DNA of 60,494 bases, filler included, from Circinaria calcarea (lineage: Eukaryota), in NCBI GenBank assembly GCA_051942165.1. It is 9 parts of 9 records of this genome, joined end to end, with 100 filler letters (N's around TTAATTAATTAA, not from the genome) between each part and the next. Parts side by side here need not be neighbours in the genome. Positions count along the whole stretch, not along the records: positions 53,880 to 60,494 come from JAVECS010001537.1; 8 more parts are not named here. One strand, given 5' to 3'. The position numbers and the translations under genes were made by a program. Below are positions 59,475 through 60,494 of this stretch, piece after piece. Numbering within the stretch: position 1 is the first letter of the stretch; each line of letters starts with the position of its first letter. A model generated the notes under the pieces. It was not told where the DNA came from. It saw only the letters and a program-made list of their open reading frames with translations, and did not search any database.

Positions 59475-60167
59475 TGAAATTACTTCCGTCTATTATGGGG
59501 GCCTTGAGGAGGAGACTTTATCTCCATGGCCTAGTTTTGGAGGAGTACTTACACGGAATTACTGTCTACAAGGCTTCTCATATGATATCATGGGCAAGGT
59601 TGTCTGCGCATCATCTGCCGGGAATGGGGTCTGTCCTTACTCGGCGCTCTTTGGGGGTTTTTGTGTGGAAGGAGTTTGGCTTCTAGAGATACCCTCGGAT
59701 ATGTCTTGATTCGCAGGCGTTACGACAGCATTTATTCCGTTCGTCTCCTGGCAGAGGAAGCGTTCTCGGTTGTTGTTATTAGAAACGGCTTTTGATGGAA
59801 GAAGAAGGCATCATCTTCGGGTTATGCGTGGTGGGGATGATTGAGAATTTCACAATCGTTTTTCCCCAAAATTTAGACCGAATTGGTACACAAATGAAAA
59901 AAAAAAACAATGAAAAAAAAAAAAACTCCCATCCCTATGCATTACACAAGTCCTTCCATGCGGACGCACCCAGGTAAAGCTATGTATGTATGCCCAACAC
60001 CCAGCGAGCCATGCATGCTTCCCAAGCGGAAGGAACGTCGTCCGGACCTCAACGCCTCCAGAATGGCACGATGCATACTTACTTGTACAATAATGCAATA
60101 AAAAACACCCCAGGGGATCCCGCCCCCAGGCGGCTCTGCAGATCTCGCAGACTTGAATTCCCCTTCA

Positions 60168-60494
60168 TCACCTCCCCGCCGCCCCAAACGGCGCACTCTC
60201 GCGCAAATCCTCGACCAAATCCTCGACGTTGCTCAGATACCTCCCCAACAGTCCTTGCTTCTCCTCCGTCGACCTCGTGCCCTCGCTGTCTCTCTCCCTC
60301 TCCCTTATCTTTCCCACTCCCTCCCCCGCCGCGCTCCCGACCCGCTTACTCGGACTCCTCCTCTGCCCGCCGCCGCCGCCGCCGAACCCGGCATGATCGG
60401 GCGTCTCAGGCATGAGGTAAAAGTAGAGAAACTCGACCGATTTCATCTTGACCTCGCGCGAGGTGGAGCGCGATTTGAAGAGGGAGGTGACGGT
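60168..60494 (-). CDS. cdc14: Septation initiation network component Cdc14 (S. pombe cdc14/Sid1-partner type, not the phosphatase), 3' end only
   Basis: TVTSLFKSRSTSREVKMK.VEFLYFYLMPETP...RSTEEKQ.LLGRYLSNVEDLVEDLRE. Confidence 0.85.
   Translation of the reverse strand, partial: TVTSLFKSRSTSREVKMKSVEFLYFYLMPETPDHAGFGGGGGGQRRSPSKRVGSAAGEGVGKIRERERDSEGTRSTEEKQGLLGRYLSNVEDLVEDLRESAPFGAAGR

Overview
This is not one locus. It is nine unrelated fungal contigs of about 6.6 kb each (1-6648, 6749-13395, 13496-20133, 20234-26868, 26969-33601, 33702-40331, 40432-47055, 47156-53779, 53880-60494), sorted by decreasing length and joined by an artificial 100-bp spacer (N44-TTAATTAATTAA-N44). The genes carry short GT-AG introns typical of Pezizomycotina; a lichen-forming Lecanoromycete is plausible but only inferred. 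Recognisable core genes are KAR5, MRPL6, MET22, an Rsm1/C3HC-finger gene, SSN8, APM1, MRPL15, RTT109, ADE4 and the SIN component cdc14. Also present are an F-box protein, DUF2306 and DUF1275 membrane proteins, MFS and sugar transporters, a P450, a bilirubin-oxidase-type multicopper oxidase, a PTH11-like receptor, secreted proteins, a HeLo-like-N/ankyrin protein and one divergent tRNA-Gly(GCC). Much of the apparently intergenic DNA is decayed genes and mobile-element debris: a UstYa/DUF3328 pseudogene, a RIP-destroyed DUF1776 copy, a 350-bp hAT-like MITE inside an exon, a solo LTR cutting off an NLR-type N-terminus, a multi-lesion secreted-protein pseudogene and several foldback or minisatellite arrays. 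I found no convincingly complete new multi-gene system. The best leads are the RIP-scarred gene-fragment mosaic of contig 5, the NOD-less HeLo-like/ANK protein, an ISG12-like protein, and a P450 lacking the acid-alcohol pair. All family calls come from motif recognition by eye, not from database searches.
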